DNA from: an uncultured Candidatus Sumerlaeota bacterium
GTDB taxonomy: Bacteria > CAYMEV01
NCBI GenBank assembly: GCA_964389675.1
Contig: CAYMEV010000001.1
Span: 156,539 to 220,538 of the forward strand
Direction: 5' to 3'
DNA length: 64,000 bases
The position numbers and the translations under genes were made by a program. This document shows positions 47,271-55,762 of the stretch, one piece after another. Every line of letters starts with the position of its first letter. Positions within the stretch are counted from its first letter, which is position 1. The notes under the pieces were generated by a model. That model did no database searches. It had not been told where the DNA came from and saw only the letters and a program-made list of their open reading frames with translations.

Positions 47271-47885
47271 ATGTATGAGATCCTGAAAGATATTTTTTCC
47301 GGCTGGCATGATTCCGATCCTGAGGCCAGGAAGAGAATAAAGGGCAAAATCCATGATAAATACAGCAGAGAGCTTTCTATAATGTTCTCTGACATTGCTG
47401 ACTTCTCATATAAAACAAGAGCAATAGGGACAGTGGAGTTTCTCAGCCAGCTTGACCTGGTTTACTCAATAGCCAGAAAACACACCAGGAAAAACAAAGG
47501 CAGGATTATAAGGACCATAGGGGATAATCTTTTCTTTGCTTTTGATGGCCCGCTTGAATCACTTAAGACAGCTGTCAGCATACAGAAGGAACTGGCCAGG
47601 GAAAATGAGGGAAAAGATGACCCGCTTCAGAAAATCCAGGTATGTTTCGGAATAACTTACGGACAATGCCTTGATTTCAAAAGGGAGATCTACGGCGACT
47701 GTGTTAATATGGCATCCAAGCTTGCCGAAGATATTGCTGACAGTAACGATATACTTTTAGGCGAAAAGGCCTTTTCAATGATAAAGGGGCATCTGCAGGA
47801 TATCCCCGCAGTCATGGAAAATACTGTCATATCTGATATTCCTCTCTGTTATTACAGGCTTGTCAGCCTGCCGGACATGCTTTGA
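47271..47885 (+). CDS. Stand-alone class III adenylate/guanylate cyclase catalytic (CHD) domain protein
   Basis: 204 aa. IMFSDIADFS (metal Asp), RTIGDNLFFAF, GDCVNMASKLAE (GD..N.AsRL). No sensory domain attached. Confidence 0.7.
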   Translation: MYEILKDIFSGWHDSDPEARKRIKGKIHDKYSRELSIMFSDIADFSYKTRAIGTVEFLSQLDLVYSIARKHTRKNKGRIIRTIGDNLFFAFDGPLESLKTAVSIQKELARENEGKDDPLQKIQVCFGITYGQCLDFKREIYGDCVNMASKLAEDIADSNDILLGEKAFSMIKGHLQDIPAVMENTVISDIPLCYYRLVSLPDML

Positions 47886-47971
47886 TCAGCCGGAAAAGCT
47901 TATTTTTTATTGATTAATTCACTCTTTTGAATACCCTGTAATTAAACTATATTTATTAAAAGGAGTTATAG

Positions 47972-49000
47972 ATGCTTGATTTTCTTAACAAAATCCTGGA
48001 ATTTCCAAGTATATCTGGTAATGAAGAATATTTTATAAAGGAATGGTCAGGGCTTATTGGGGGTTTGTGCGACAGGACATGGGTCGATAATTTCGGCAAC
48101 TGCATTTCAGCTGTGAATGAAAAAGCTGAAAAAAGCATTCTTATAAACGCTCACTGCGATGAAATTGGACTTATGGCAACAAAAATCAATGACAACGGGA
48201 CAATAAAATTCAAGGCTCTGGGAACTCATGATGCTGCAGTCCTGTACGGACAAAGGGTCAAGATCCTCGGGAAAAGACAGGTAACCGGCCTTATACAGCT
48301 TCAGAGGAAGCTTGAAAAAAAGGACAGTGAAATAAAGATGGAAGACCTTCTGATCGATATAGGCTCAGATTCAGGCAGTGAAACCCGTAAACTGGTTGAT
48401 ATTGGCAGCTATATCCAGCTTGCAAGCATCCCTGAGACCCTGCAGGACGGCAAGATCATGGCAAATGGCCTGGACGATAAGGCAGGGCTTGCTGTATTGT
48501 ATTTTCTTATGAAGAATATTAATAAGGAAATGCTGCCTTCCCTCTGCATATATTTTGCTGCAACCCTCAGGGAGGAGATAAATTCAGGAGGAGCCGTTAC
48601 ATTGGCTTCAGATCTAATGCCGGATTATTCACTCTCCATAGATGTAACAGAAACAAATGATACAACAGAAACAAAAAGCAATGACTGTGCTCTAAGCCTT
48701 GGCAAAGGCCCTGCAATCCTAAGATGCCCCATACTGGACCGCAGGCTGGAAAATATTCTCATAAGGTCAGCAGAGAATATCAGCATAAAGGTACAGTATG
48801 AAGCTTCTCCCTATTTATCCTTTACGGATGCTGATGCAATACACAAGGTAAGAAAGGGGGTCCCGAGCACAGTACTGTCCATACCCGTCAGGTATATACA
48901 TACATCAAATGAGGTGATCAGCTTAAATGACCTTGAAAACACTGCAAAACTGACAATGGAATTCCTCAGGGAGCTTGACAGGTCAGTCAGCTCTAAATAG
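47972..49000 (+). CDS. M42-family aminopeptidase (FrvX/YsdC-like)
   Basis: 342 aa. HCDEIGLM, GLDDKAG and a C-terminal metal-site motif typical of M42 (TET) peptidases. Confidence 0.75.
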   Translation: MLDFLNKILEFPSISGNEEYFIKEWSGLIGGLCDRTWVDNFGNCISAVNEKAEKSILINAHCDEIGLMATKINDNGTIKFKALGTHDAAVLYGQRVKILGKRQVTGLIQLQRKLEKKDSEIKMEDLLIDIGSDSGSETRKLVDIGSYIQLASIPETLQDGKIMANGLDDKAGLAVLYFLMKNINKEMLPSLCIYFAATLREEINSGGAVTLASDLMPDYSLSIDVTETNDTTETKSNDCALSLGKGPAILRCPILDRRLENILIRSAENISIKVQYEASPYLSFTDADAIHKVRKGVPSTVLSIPVRYIHTSNEVISLNDLENTAKLTMEFLRELDRSVSSK

Positions 49001-49067
49001 CATTCCCTGGAGTTCTAGATTAATTTTTTCAGCTGTTTAAGCCAGGCCCGGACTGTCATAAATTATC

Positions 49068-49790
49068 TTGTATAAAATTTTTTTTATAGTAGTTTTAATG
49101 AGTGGGTGGCAAGGATTGAAAGAACTCTATTTTACAGATGAAAATATCCGGCGCATATCAGAAGATATCCTGTCCCGCCTTAGCATCTACAGGAGAAAGC
49201 ATGACCTGTTCAGGCTGGACCCGGAAAGGACAGCACTGCTGGTGATAGATATGCAGGAGTGGTTCCTGGACAGCAGTCTTAATAGCTATATACCCTCAGC
49301 CAGTACGGTTAAAAAGAATATCATCAGGCTTATAAGGCTCTTTGAAAGGGAAAAGCTGAATATAATCTATACCAGGCATATAAATACCCCCCGGGATGCA
49401 AAGATGATATCCAGATGGTGGAAGAGCATAATCACAGAAGATAATGTTCATTCCTGCATCTCAGATGGCCTGCTTGCAGAGGACCCTGTCATAATAGAGA
49501 AAACCCAGTATGATGCATTTTACGGTACAGGCCTGGAAGATCACCTGAATGCATCGGGAATAAGCCAGCTGGTAATTACAGGTTTAATGACCAATGTCTG
49601 CTGTGATGCAACTGCAAGGTCCGGTTTTGCAAGGGGCTTTGAGGTGTTCATGGTCGTTGACGGGATGGCAGCCCACAGTTATGACCTTCATTTTTCGTCC
49701 CTGCTGAGCCTTTCTCACTGCTGTGCTGTCCCAATAAATACAGAAAATATAATAAATCTAATAAATACAGGAAATAGCGGAAATGATTGA
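49068..49790 (+). CDS. Isochorismatase-family cysteine hydrolase
   Basis: ALLVIDMQEWF (catalytic Asp), ..K.., and VITGLMTNVCCDATARSGF (catalytic Cys) give the D-K-C triad. Confidence 0.75.
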   Translation: MYKIFFIVVLMSGWQGLKELYFTDENIRRISEDILSRLSIYRRKHDLFRLDPERTALLVIDMQEWFLDSSLNSYIPSASTVKKNIIRLIRLFEREKLNIIYTRHINTPRDAKMISRWWKSIITEDNVHSCISDGLLAEDPVIIEKTQYDAFYGTGLEDHLNASGISQLVITGLMTNVCCDATARSGFARGFEVFMVVDGMAAHSYDLHFSSLLSLSHCCAVPINTENIINLINTGNSGND

Positions 49791-50676
49791 TATTATAATC
49801 ATAGGGTGCGGCCCGGCCGGTATGTCCGCAGCATTACAGCTGAAAAGATACGGATATTCCTTTGAGGTCTTTGAAAAAAGCCAGATAGGCGGGCTGGTAA
49901 AGAATGCAAACCTGATCGAGAACTACCCGGGTTTTCCTCACGGGATAAGGGGAACAGAGCTCATACAGCTTTTTGCTGAACAATGCAGGATTAACGATAT
50001 CAAGCCGGTCTATGAAAAAGTGACAGACCTTGATTACCTCGATGACCTGTTCTATATAAAGACCAAACAGAACTATTTCAGGTCAGCATACGCAGTAATT
50101 GCAACAGGAACAGAGCCAAGGAAGCTTAATCTGCCTAATACTGAAAATATGAATGGCAGGAATATCTTTTATGACATTTATGAGATCATGCAGGTTAAAG
50201 ACAAGAATATAGCAATAATAGGATCAGGGGATATTGCATTTGATTATGCACTGAACCTTTCGGATAATAATACGGTTACAGTCTTCAACAGGAGCCAGGC
50301 TCCGAAATGTATCCCGATACTCTGGGAACGGGCAAAGAAAAAGGAAAACCTGATCTACCTGAACAGATCCAACCTTATTAATATATTCCCAACGGAATCT
50401 GACAGAATAAAGCTGGAGTATTACTCCAATGATGAACATGCAGTAAAGGAGGGCTTTTTCGATTATGTAATACCTGCAATCGGAAGACAGCCGGCAAATA
50501 ATTTCATATCGGAAAGGATATATAAAAATCAGAACATGCTTATTAAGAACGGAAGGCTCTTCTTTATTGGAGACTTCAATAATGACATATGCAGGCAGGT
50601 AGCTATATCAGCGGGAGACGGAATAAAGACGGCCATGCTGTTAAAAAGCAGGATTGAGAGCACAAAAAGGGACTGA
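49783..50676 (+). CDS. FAD/NAD(P)-binding oxidoreductase (TrxR-like fold, no CxxC)
   Basis: IIIIGCGPAGMSAALQ dinucleotide motif and a second Rossmann IAIIGSGDIAFDYA. No redox-active CxxC seen. 8-bp overlap with the upstream gene. Confidence 0.65.
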   Translation: MIDIIIIGCGPAGMSAALQLKRYGYSFEVFEKSQIGGLVKNANLIENYPGFPHGIRGTELIQLFAEQCRINDIKPVYEKVTDLDYLDDLFYIKTKQNYFRSAYAVIATGTEPRKLNLPNTENMNGRNIFYDIYEIMQVKDKNIAIIGSGDIAFDYALNLSDNNTVTVFNRSQAPKCIPILWERAKKKENLIYLNRSNLINIFPTESDRIKLEYYSNDEHAVKEGFFDYVIPAIGRQPANNFISERIYKNQNMLIKNGRLFFIGDFNNDICRQVAISAGDGIKTAMLLKSRIESTKRD

Positions 50677-51629
50677 TGAGGGTAATAAAGAAGACACATA
50701 GATCCAGTATAGCCTCGGTATATATTGCCAGGACAGCTGACGGCCATCTGGTTGAGTTCGTGGAAAGCATTCAGCCTCCTCTCTCCAGGAGAGAAAAGTG
50801 GGTCATAATACTCTCTTCGCTGGTAGGATGCCCTGCAAAATGCAAATTCTGCGAAGCCGGCGGCAATTTTAAGCGAATCCTCAGCAAGGACGAGCTGTTT
50901 TTCCAGATCAGATACCTTCTGGATCTATACGGATTTGCAGGTTCAGTCCCTTCAGCCAAGTTCAAGATTCAGTTTGCCAGGATAGGGGAGCCCTCATTCA
51001 ATAATAATGTACTTATGCTCCTGGAAGACCTGCCTTCAGCAATAGATTCTCCCGGGCTTCTCCCATGCATCTCCACTATTGCTCCTCAATCCAGAGGGGC
51101 TTTCTTTGAAATGCTTCTGGAGATAAAGAACAGGCTTTATAAAAAGGCCTTTCAGCTTCAGTTCTCTGTCCACTCAACTGACAGAAACTTCAGGGATTAC
51201 CTTCTCCCTTTGCCTAAATGGCCTCTGGAACAGATTGCTGACTATGGCAGAAGGTTTTATAATAAGGACAACAGAAAGATCACACTGAATTTCGCCCCAT
51301 CTGTTAATACACCTGTCTGTCCGGAAATTATTAAAAAGCACTTTGATCCTGACATTTTTCTTCTGAAATTCACTCCGATAAATCCCACATCTGAAGCAAA
51401 AAGGAATCGCCTGAAATCACTTATAAACCCCCGGGGAAAAAAATACGACATAATAGAAAAGCTGAGGACAGCAGGTTTTGATGTAATATTAAGCCTGGGT
51501 GAGTATGAAGAGAACAGGATAGGAAGCAATTGCGGGCAGTATATTACAAATTTCAATAAAGCATCAAGGCAGGTTGATGATGCCTATACATACCCGCTTG
51601 AGAATGTATCGTCAGAAACAAAGGTTTGA
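50676..51629 (+). CDS. RlmN/Cfr-like radical SAM enzyme, short form; appears to lack the Cys118-equivalent resolving cysteine
   Basis: ILSSLVGCPAKCKFC (cf. RlmN CVSSQVGCALECKFC); ARIGEP (MGMGEP); ISTIAPQS (LSTSG); SVHSTDRNFRDYLLPLPKWP ([20 protein letters not shown]); C-terminal GSNCGQYIT (cf. AACGQLAG, the methyl-carrying Cys355). Start codon shares 1 bp with the upstream stop (TGATG). Confidence 0.6.
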   Translation: MRVIKKTHRSSIASVYIARTADGHLVEFVESIQPPLSRREKWVIILSSLVGCPAKCKFCEAGGNFKRILSKDELFFQIRYLLDLYGFAGSVPSAKFKIQFARIGEPSFNNNVLMLLEDLPSAIDSPGLLPCISTIAPQSRGAFFEMLLEIKNRLYKKAFQLQFSVHSTDRNFRDYLLPLPKWPLEQIADYGRRFYNKDNRKITLNFAPSVNTPVCPEIIKKHFDPDIFLLKFTPINPTSEAKRNRLKSLINPRGKKYDIIEKLRTAGFDVILSLGEYEENRIGSNCGQYITNFNKASRQVDDAYTYPLENVSSETKV

Positions 51630-51755
51630 TACCCTATATCAGGAAATATATGTTATACAGTACCCTGTTTTTTATTTATTTTAATAAATAATTGCATTAA
51701 CCTTTATAACTGCAAAGCATGCGAAACATATTTATCTTATAAAGAGGGATGGATC

Positions 51756-52499
51756 ATGAGTAATCTTAAATACATTTACAAACCATATGATACAAAAAGG
51801 TATGAAAAATACCTTAAATTTTTCAAGATGCCTTTTGTGGAAAAAATACTGAATACATTCAAATATGCTGTAATGGGATTAATAATCTCTCTATCTTTCT
51901 CACTGCTTGTCTTTTTATTTGACTTTCTGACCTATTTTTTCAACTTTATAGCAGGTTCAGATGCCTCTGTATTATCTTTTGGTTCCTATCTGCTCATTAA
52001 TACCTTTATACCCCTTTTGATCTGGATATACGGATTTTTCAGCAAAAACAGAAGATCGAAAAAATTTGTTAATAACAGCCTGGAAAAACAGAAGTACCTC
52101 ATAAACCGCCTGACAGACCTATACAACAACAGGCTGAAACTCCTGGAATATCTCGGCAATAATACTACCAAGGGATTAATCTCCGATGAAGAGACAGCTC
52201 ATATAAAAAATGTGCTTGAAAAGATTCTTCCAAAAATTGAAGAGATGAAAAAGAATGTTGAAATACATAAGAAGAACAAGGATTTCCTCTCAAAATTCTC
52301 CATGCAGAAGGATAGCCTTTACAGTATAATAGATGAGCTTAAAGTCCTGGACGACCGGATATCCAGTGAATCCAGGGATCAGATAGACAAATATATAGAT
52401 GATGCATATATATTTGAAGCCTTCGACAATATAGAAAAGGATATGAAAAAGCTGGATATTGATTCCATTGAACCAGGGCTTCAAAATGAAAAATCCTGA
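51756..52499 (+). CDS. Hypothetical membrane protein (2 TM) with cytoplasmic coiled-coil domain
   Basis: 247 aa. TM helices (VMGLIISLSFSLLVFLF, LLINTFIPLLIWIYGFF), then a K/E-rich helical region. No recognisable motif. Confidence 0.4.
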   Translation: MSNLKYIYKPYDTKRYEKYLKFFKMPFVEKILNTFKYAVMGLIISLSFSLLVFLFDFLTYFFNFIAGSDASVLSFGSYLLINTFIPLLIWIYGFFSKNRRSKKFVNNSLEKQKYLINRLTDLYNNRLKLLEYLGNNTTKGLISDEETAHIKNVLEKILPKIEEMKKNVEIHKKNKDFLSKFSMQKDSLYSIIDELKVLDDRISSESRDQIDKYIDDAYIFEAFDNIEKDMKKLDIDSIEPGLQNEKS

Positions 52500-53127
52500 G
52501 CAAAAATTAATATTTGACCTTGACGGGACCCTCTTCGATACACTTGAAGATATCATTACAGCAGTAAAGGGTACTTTTGCTGAAATAAGCCTGGCCATAC
52601 CGGATTCAGAACAAATAAGATCATCGATAGGCTGGGGGTCAAGGCAGCTTTTCCTTAGTCTTCTTGAAGAGAACGGCGGCATGGTGGACAAATCCCTTGA
52701 TATATTCAGCAGAATATACCTTGAGAAGATAGCAGATACCACAAAGCCCTATCCCGGTGTAAAAAGCGTACTGGATGGTCTAAGGCCGGATTACTCCCTG
52801 AATATTCTTACCAATAAGCCTAAAAGATTCACAATCCCGCTTATTGAGCATTTTGGCCTTTCCTGCCTTTTTGAAAATATAATCACCCCGGAGGATGTAT
52901 CAGATATTAAAAAGCCTGATATAAGGCTTTGTTCCGTCGGCATCCTTGATGAAGCCCTTCTTTTTGTCGGGGATTCAGCAGTAGATATCAAAATGGCCCA
53001 TGCATGCGGGATACCTTCGGTATTTGTAACCTACGGATATGGAAGCATTGACAGCATAGAGCCTTCCTTTATCATAGACAGCTTTCAGGAACTCCCTGAA
53101 ATTATCGACTGCCTGAAAATGGACTGA
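52486..53127 (+). CDS. HAD-superfamily hydrolase (phosphoglycolate phosphatase-like)
   Basis: Motif I LIFDLDGTLFDT, motif II ILTNK, motif IV GDSAVD. Likely start MKNPEQK at 52486, overlapping the upstream stop by 14 bp. Confidence 0.75.
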   Translation: MKNPEQKLIFDLDGTLFDTLEDIITAVKGTFAEISLAIPDSEQIRSSIGWGSRQLFLSLLEENGGMVDKSLDIFSRIYLEKIADTTKPYPGVKSVLDGLRPDYSLNILTNKPKRFTIPLIEHFGLSCLFENIITPEDVSDIKKPDIRLCSVGILDEALLFVGDSAVDIKMAHACGIPSVFVTYGYGSIDSIEPSFIIDSFQELPEIIDCLKMD

Positions 53128-53300
53128 TAAACCTCAGATATGTATTTTTGACACTTACAGAGCTGTCAATGGTTTTTTTATTAATCCTTTTGACGGAATA
53201 CTATTCTTTGATCGAATATTTTTTATCACATGATAGAAAGTGTTTTTCTTTTTATATCAAAAGTATTAAAATATAGAAAAAATGAAGAAAGGAGAGACGG

Positions 53301-55490
53301 ATGAAACTTTTCAGGAAAAACATGAATTTGCCGGTTGTCTTAGGCCTTCTAATCCTCATTTCAGCGCTTTTTACACCCCGGCTAATTTCTGAAGAACGTC
53401 AGGTGGTCTTTAACGATGGCCTTGCACAGCAGAGCATTGCCTGGCAGATAGAGGAGCTGGCAAAATGGCTTATTAAATCGAGAGACCTGATTCCGAGGCC
53501 TGAAGAATGTACGGAATACTGCTTTACAATAGATACACTCAATATATCAGGGTCTATAGAGAAGAACAGACTGCTTTTCAGTCTGAACGGCCATGTCCTG
53601 TCTGATGATTATGCACTGATACCGCTTTTCAGCCAGCCCAAAAAGATTGGCCTTTTAAATGTAACGGTAAATAACAAGCCTGCTATAGTAGGTTTTGAGG
53701 ACCTTAACCACTATTTCGTAAGAACAGCCGAAAAGGATTTTGTTATAAAGGGCGAGCTTGAGTTCCGCGAGGAATCCAATCTCAATATCGTGGGCCCTGT
53801 TAATTCTTTCTACGGGGAGATTGAAGACGGCAGAATAGTACAGGGCAATAAGCTCGCAGGATTAAGAAACACACTTATACACATTGAATCTACAAAAGCC
53901 AGGCCTGTTTCGGATGAACCTGAAATAAAGCCTTTGTTCCAGCTTAACAGATCTTTCAGGATCACAGATGAAATTGCATTTGAATATCATGTATATATCC
54001 GGTCAGGGACAGAGATAAGCAATTATATCATACCTCTTAAAAACAGCGAGATAGTGCTTGATGTCAGGGGCGTAAGGGATTGGAAGCTTGAAAAGGACAG
54101 GCTCATTATCAATTCAAACCAGAAAAGCATTCAATGCATAATAACAGGTAATATCAAGAGCCTTGAAGCCTTAAGCATGGATGAAAGGTCCGGTTATGAA
54201 TGGTGGCTTATTGAATCTGACCCCCAGCACAGGATCTCCGTTAAGACCACAGGAAAGCAGATAGATTCATCTGAATCCCCGATACCGAGAAAAATGTCAT
54301 TATCCAGGCTTTATTTCATGACAAAGGGCAATGAGATCAGCATAAGCGTTCAAAAGCTGAAATCCCTTGAAGCACTTGCAGCTGTTGTACATTCCCAGAA
54401 AAGAAAAATAGTCTGGACAAAGGATGGAGACATAGTAGCCTATGACACTTTGACATATGAGAACAGCGGGGTTGACTACCTTGTTTTTGATACAAAGGGA
54501 AAGCCCATATATCTCGAAATTGACAATTCTCCCCAGAGGCTCCTGTCTCAGGATGACATCCCTGAAACCGCCGTCCTGCTTCCACTGCTGAAGGGTAAAC
54601 ACAATGTCTTTATTCAGAACATAGCCAAATCAGAGATAAATCATCTTGGCGGATCTCTTGAGCTTCCATCACCTGAACACAGCTTTACAATAAGCAACGG
54701 CTATATTGAATTTGGCCTCCCCGATATGATCATACCGCTTTATTTTACTGAAGGTACAGGCTTTCTGAATCCATTCAGCCTTACAGACATAATACTTTTC
54801 ATTATAATAATCATAATATCATTTTACCTGTTTAAAAGCAGGAGCATAAGATTCTTTTCAGTAATCTCGCTTGCTGGAATATACCTGCTGTTGAAGGGGT
54901 TTTTTATTGCCCTGCTTATACTGGCGATATTAATAAAGCTGGTATTCTACCTGAGGAAAAAATACTCAAAGAAGACCTTCCTCCTTATTATAATAATAAC
55001 AGCCATGGCACTCATCTCACTGCTTGTCTACTCGATGATCCTGCCATCACTGCTGATTTCAGGCCGCTCTCATGCCGGTTATGATCAATCCAGGCAAAGG
55101 CCGGAAGCTCCATCTATGCAGGCTTATGATGAATATGAACAGAAAACACTGAGCAAAAGCGAAGAAAGATGGGGGCAAAGAGATGCCGGAAGCATTGATT
55201 ATGATAAACTGCTTAGGGAAGATGCTGTCATTTCAGACTCAAGCATAGTAGAGGGAATAATACCGGTCGCTTTGCCTATGCCTAAATATGATTACAGCCT
55301 CTATGCATACAAAGAACTTATAACGAAGGACAGGCCTCTTGCACCAAGGCTGCTTTATATAACAAGATATACGCTTATACCTGTTTATCTCCTATGGCTG
55401 ATATCGCTTCTGATTTTAATAAGGCATCTGTATCCTGAGATCAGGCCTTATTTAAAAAGGGATGAGATAAAAAAGCAGGAACCTGAGTAG
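53301..55490 (+). CDS. Large hypothetical envelope protein: signal peptide, about 480-aa extracytoplasmic domain, 3-4 TM, cytoplasmic tail, terminal TM
   Basis: 729 aa. AAGGAGAG RBS. Signal peptide LPVVLGLLILISALFTP. TMs ILFIIIIIISFYLF, VISLAGIYLLL, LLIIIITAMALISLLVY, IPVYLLWLISLLILI. No recognisable catalytic motif. Confidence 0.5.
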   Translation: MKLFRKNMNLPVVLGLLILISALFTPRLISEERQVVFNDGLAQQSIAWQIEELAKWLIKSRDLIPRPEECTEYCFTIDTLNISGSIEKNRLLFSLNGHVLSDDYALIPLFSQPKKIGLLNVTVNNKPAIVGFEDLNHYFVRTAEKDFVIKGELEFREESNLNIVGPVNSFYGEIEDGRIVQGNKLAGLRNTLIHIESTKARPVSDEPEIKPLFQLNRSFRITDEIAFEYHVYIRSGTEISNYIIPLKNSEIVLDVRGVRDWKLEKDRLIINSNQKSIQCIITGNIKSLEALSMDERSGYEWWLIESDPQHRISVKTTGKQIDSSESPIPRKMSLSRLYFMTKGNEISISVQKLKSLEALAAVVHSQKRKIVWTKDGDIVAYDTLTYENSGVDYLVFDTKGKPIYLEIDNSPQRLLSQDDIPETAVLLPLLKGKHNVFIQNIAKSEINHLGGSLELPSPEHSFTISNGYIEFGLPDMIIPLYFTEGTGFLNPFSLTDIILFIIIIIISFYLFKSRSIRFFSVISLAGIYLLLKGFFIALLILAILIKLVFYLRKKYSKKTFLLIIIITAMALISLLVYSMILPSLLISGRSHAGYDQSRQRPEAPSMQAYDEYEQKTLSKSEERWGQRDAGSIDYDKLLREDAVISDSSIVEGIIPVALPMPKYDYSLYAYKELITKDRPLAPRLLYITRYTLIPVYLLWLISLLILIRHLYPEIRPYLKRDEIKKQEPE

Positions 55491-55668
55491 TACAGGCATG
55501 GTATCTTCCATGCCTTTTCCCCCAGGCATGGGCTTTGCCCATGCGTTTATACAGGCATGGTATCTTCCATGCCTTTTCCCCCATGCATGGTACTCCATGC
55601 GTTTCCCCCATGCATGGGCTTTGCCCATGCGCTGGAGAGGCAGGGAATTTTCACCCTGCCTTCTTCTG
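55491..55668. repeat. Tandem array of short palindromic (REP/BIME-like) units built on a GCATGG..CCATGC core, followed by a terminator-like hairpin
   Basis: 33-bp unit TACAGGCATGGTATCTTCCATGCCTTTTCCCCC at 55491-55523 and 55550-55582. Unit GCATGGGCTTTGCCCATGCG at about 55526-55545 and 55612-55631. Variant GCATGGTACTCCATGC at about 55585-55600. Hairpin GGCAGGG-AATTTTCA-CCCTGCC at 55639-55660, then TTCTTCT. Confidence 0.7.
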
Positions 55669-55762
55669 CATTATGGATCTATAGACTTCAGCCTTATATA
55701 ATATTTGAAAAGAGCCCTGACTAAATATTCCGGTCTAAAGGGTGCTTTCAGCAAACAGGCTC

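Noticed and set aside
49783-50676. Thioredoxin reductase call for the FAD oxidoreductase
   Set aside because: The two Rossmann motifs are present but no redox-active CxxC (CAVC/CATC) was found, so it is called a generic FAD/NAD(P) oxidoreductase.
55491-55650. Possible CRISPR array
   Set aside because: Only two copies of the 33-bp unit, interleaved with different palindromes rather than unique spacers. The units are themselves hairpins of varying sequence. No cas genes nearby.
55498-55701. 67-aa ORF MVSSMPFPPGMGFAHAFIQAWY.. with an internally repetitive peptide
   Set aside because: It lies entirely inside the palindromic repeat array. The repetitive amino-acid pattern is the translation of the DNA repeats and there is no RBS, so it is not a gene.
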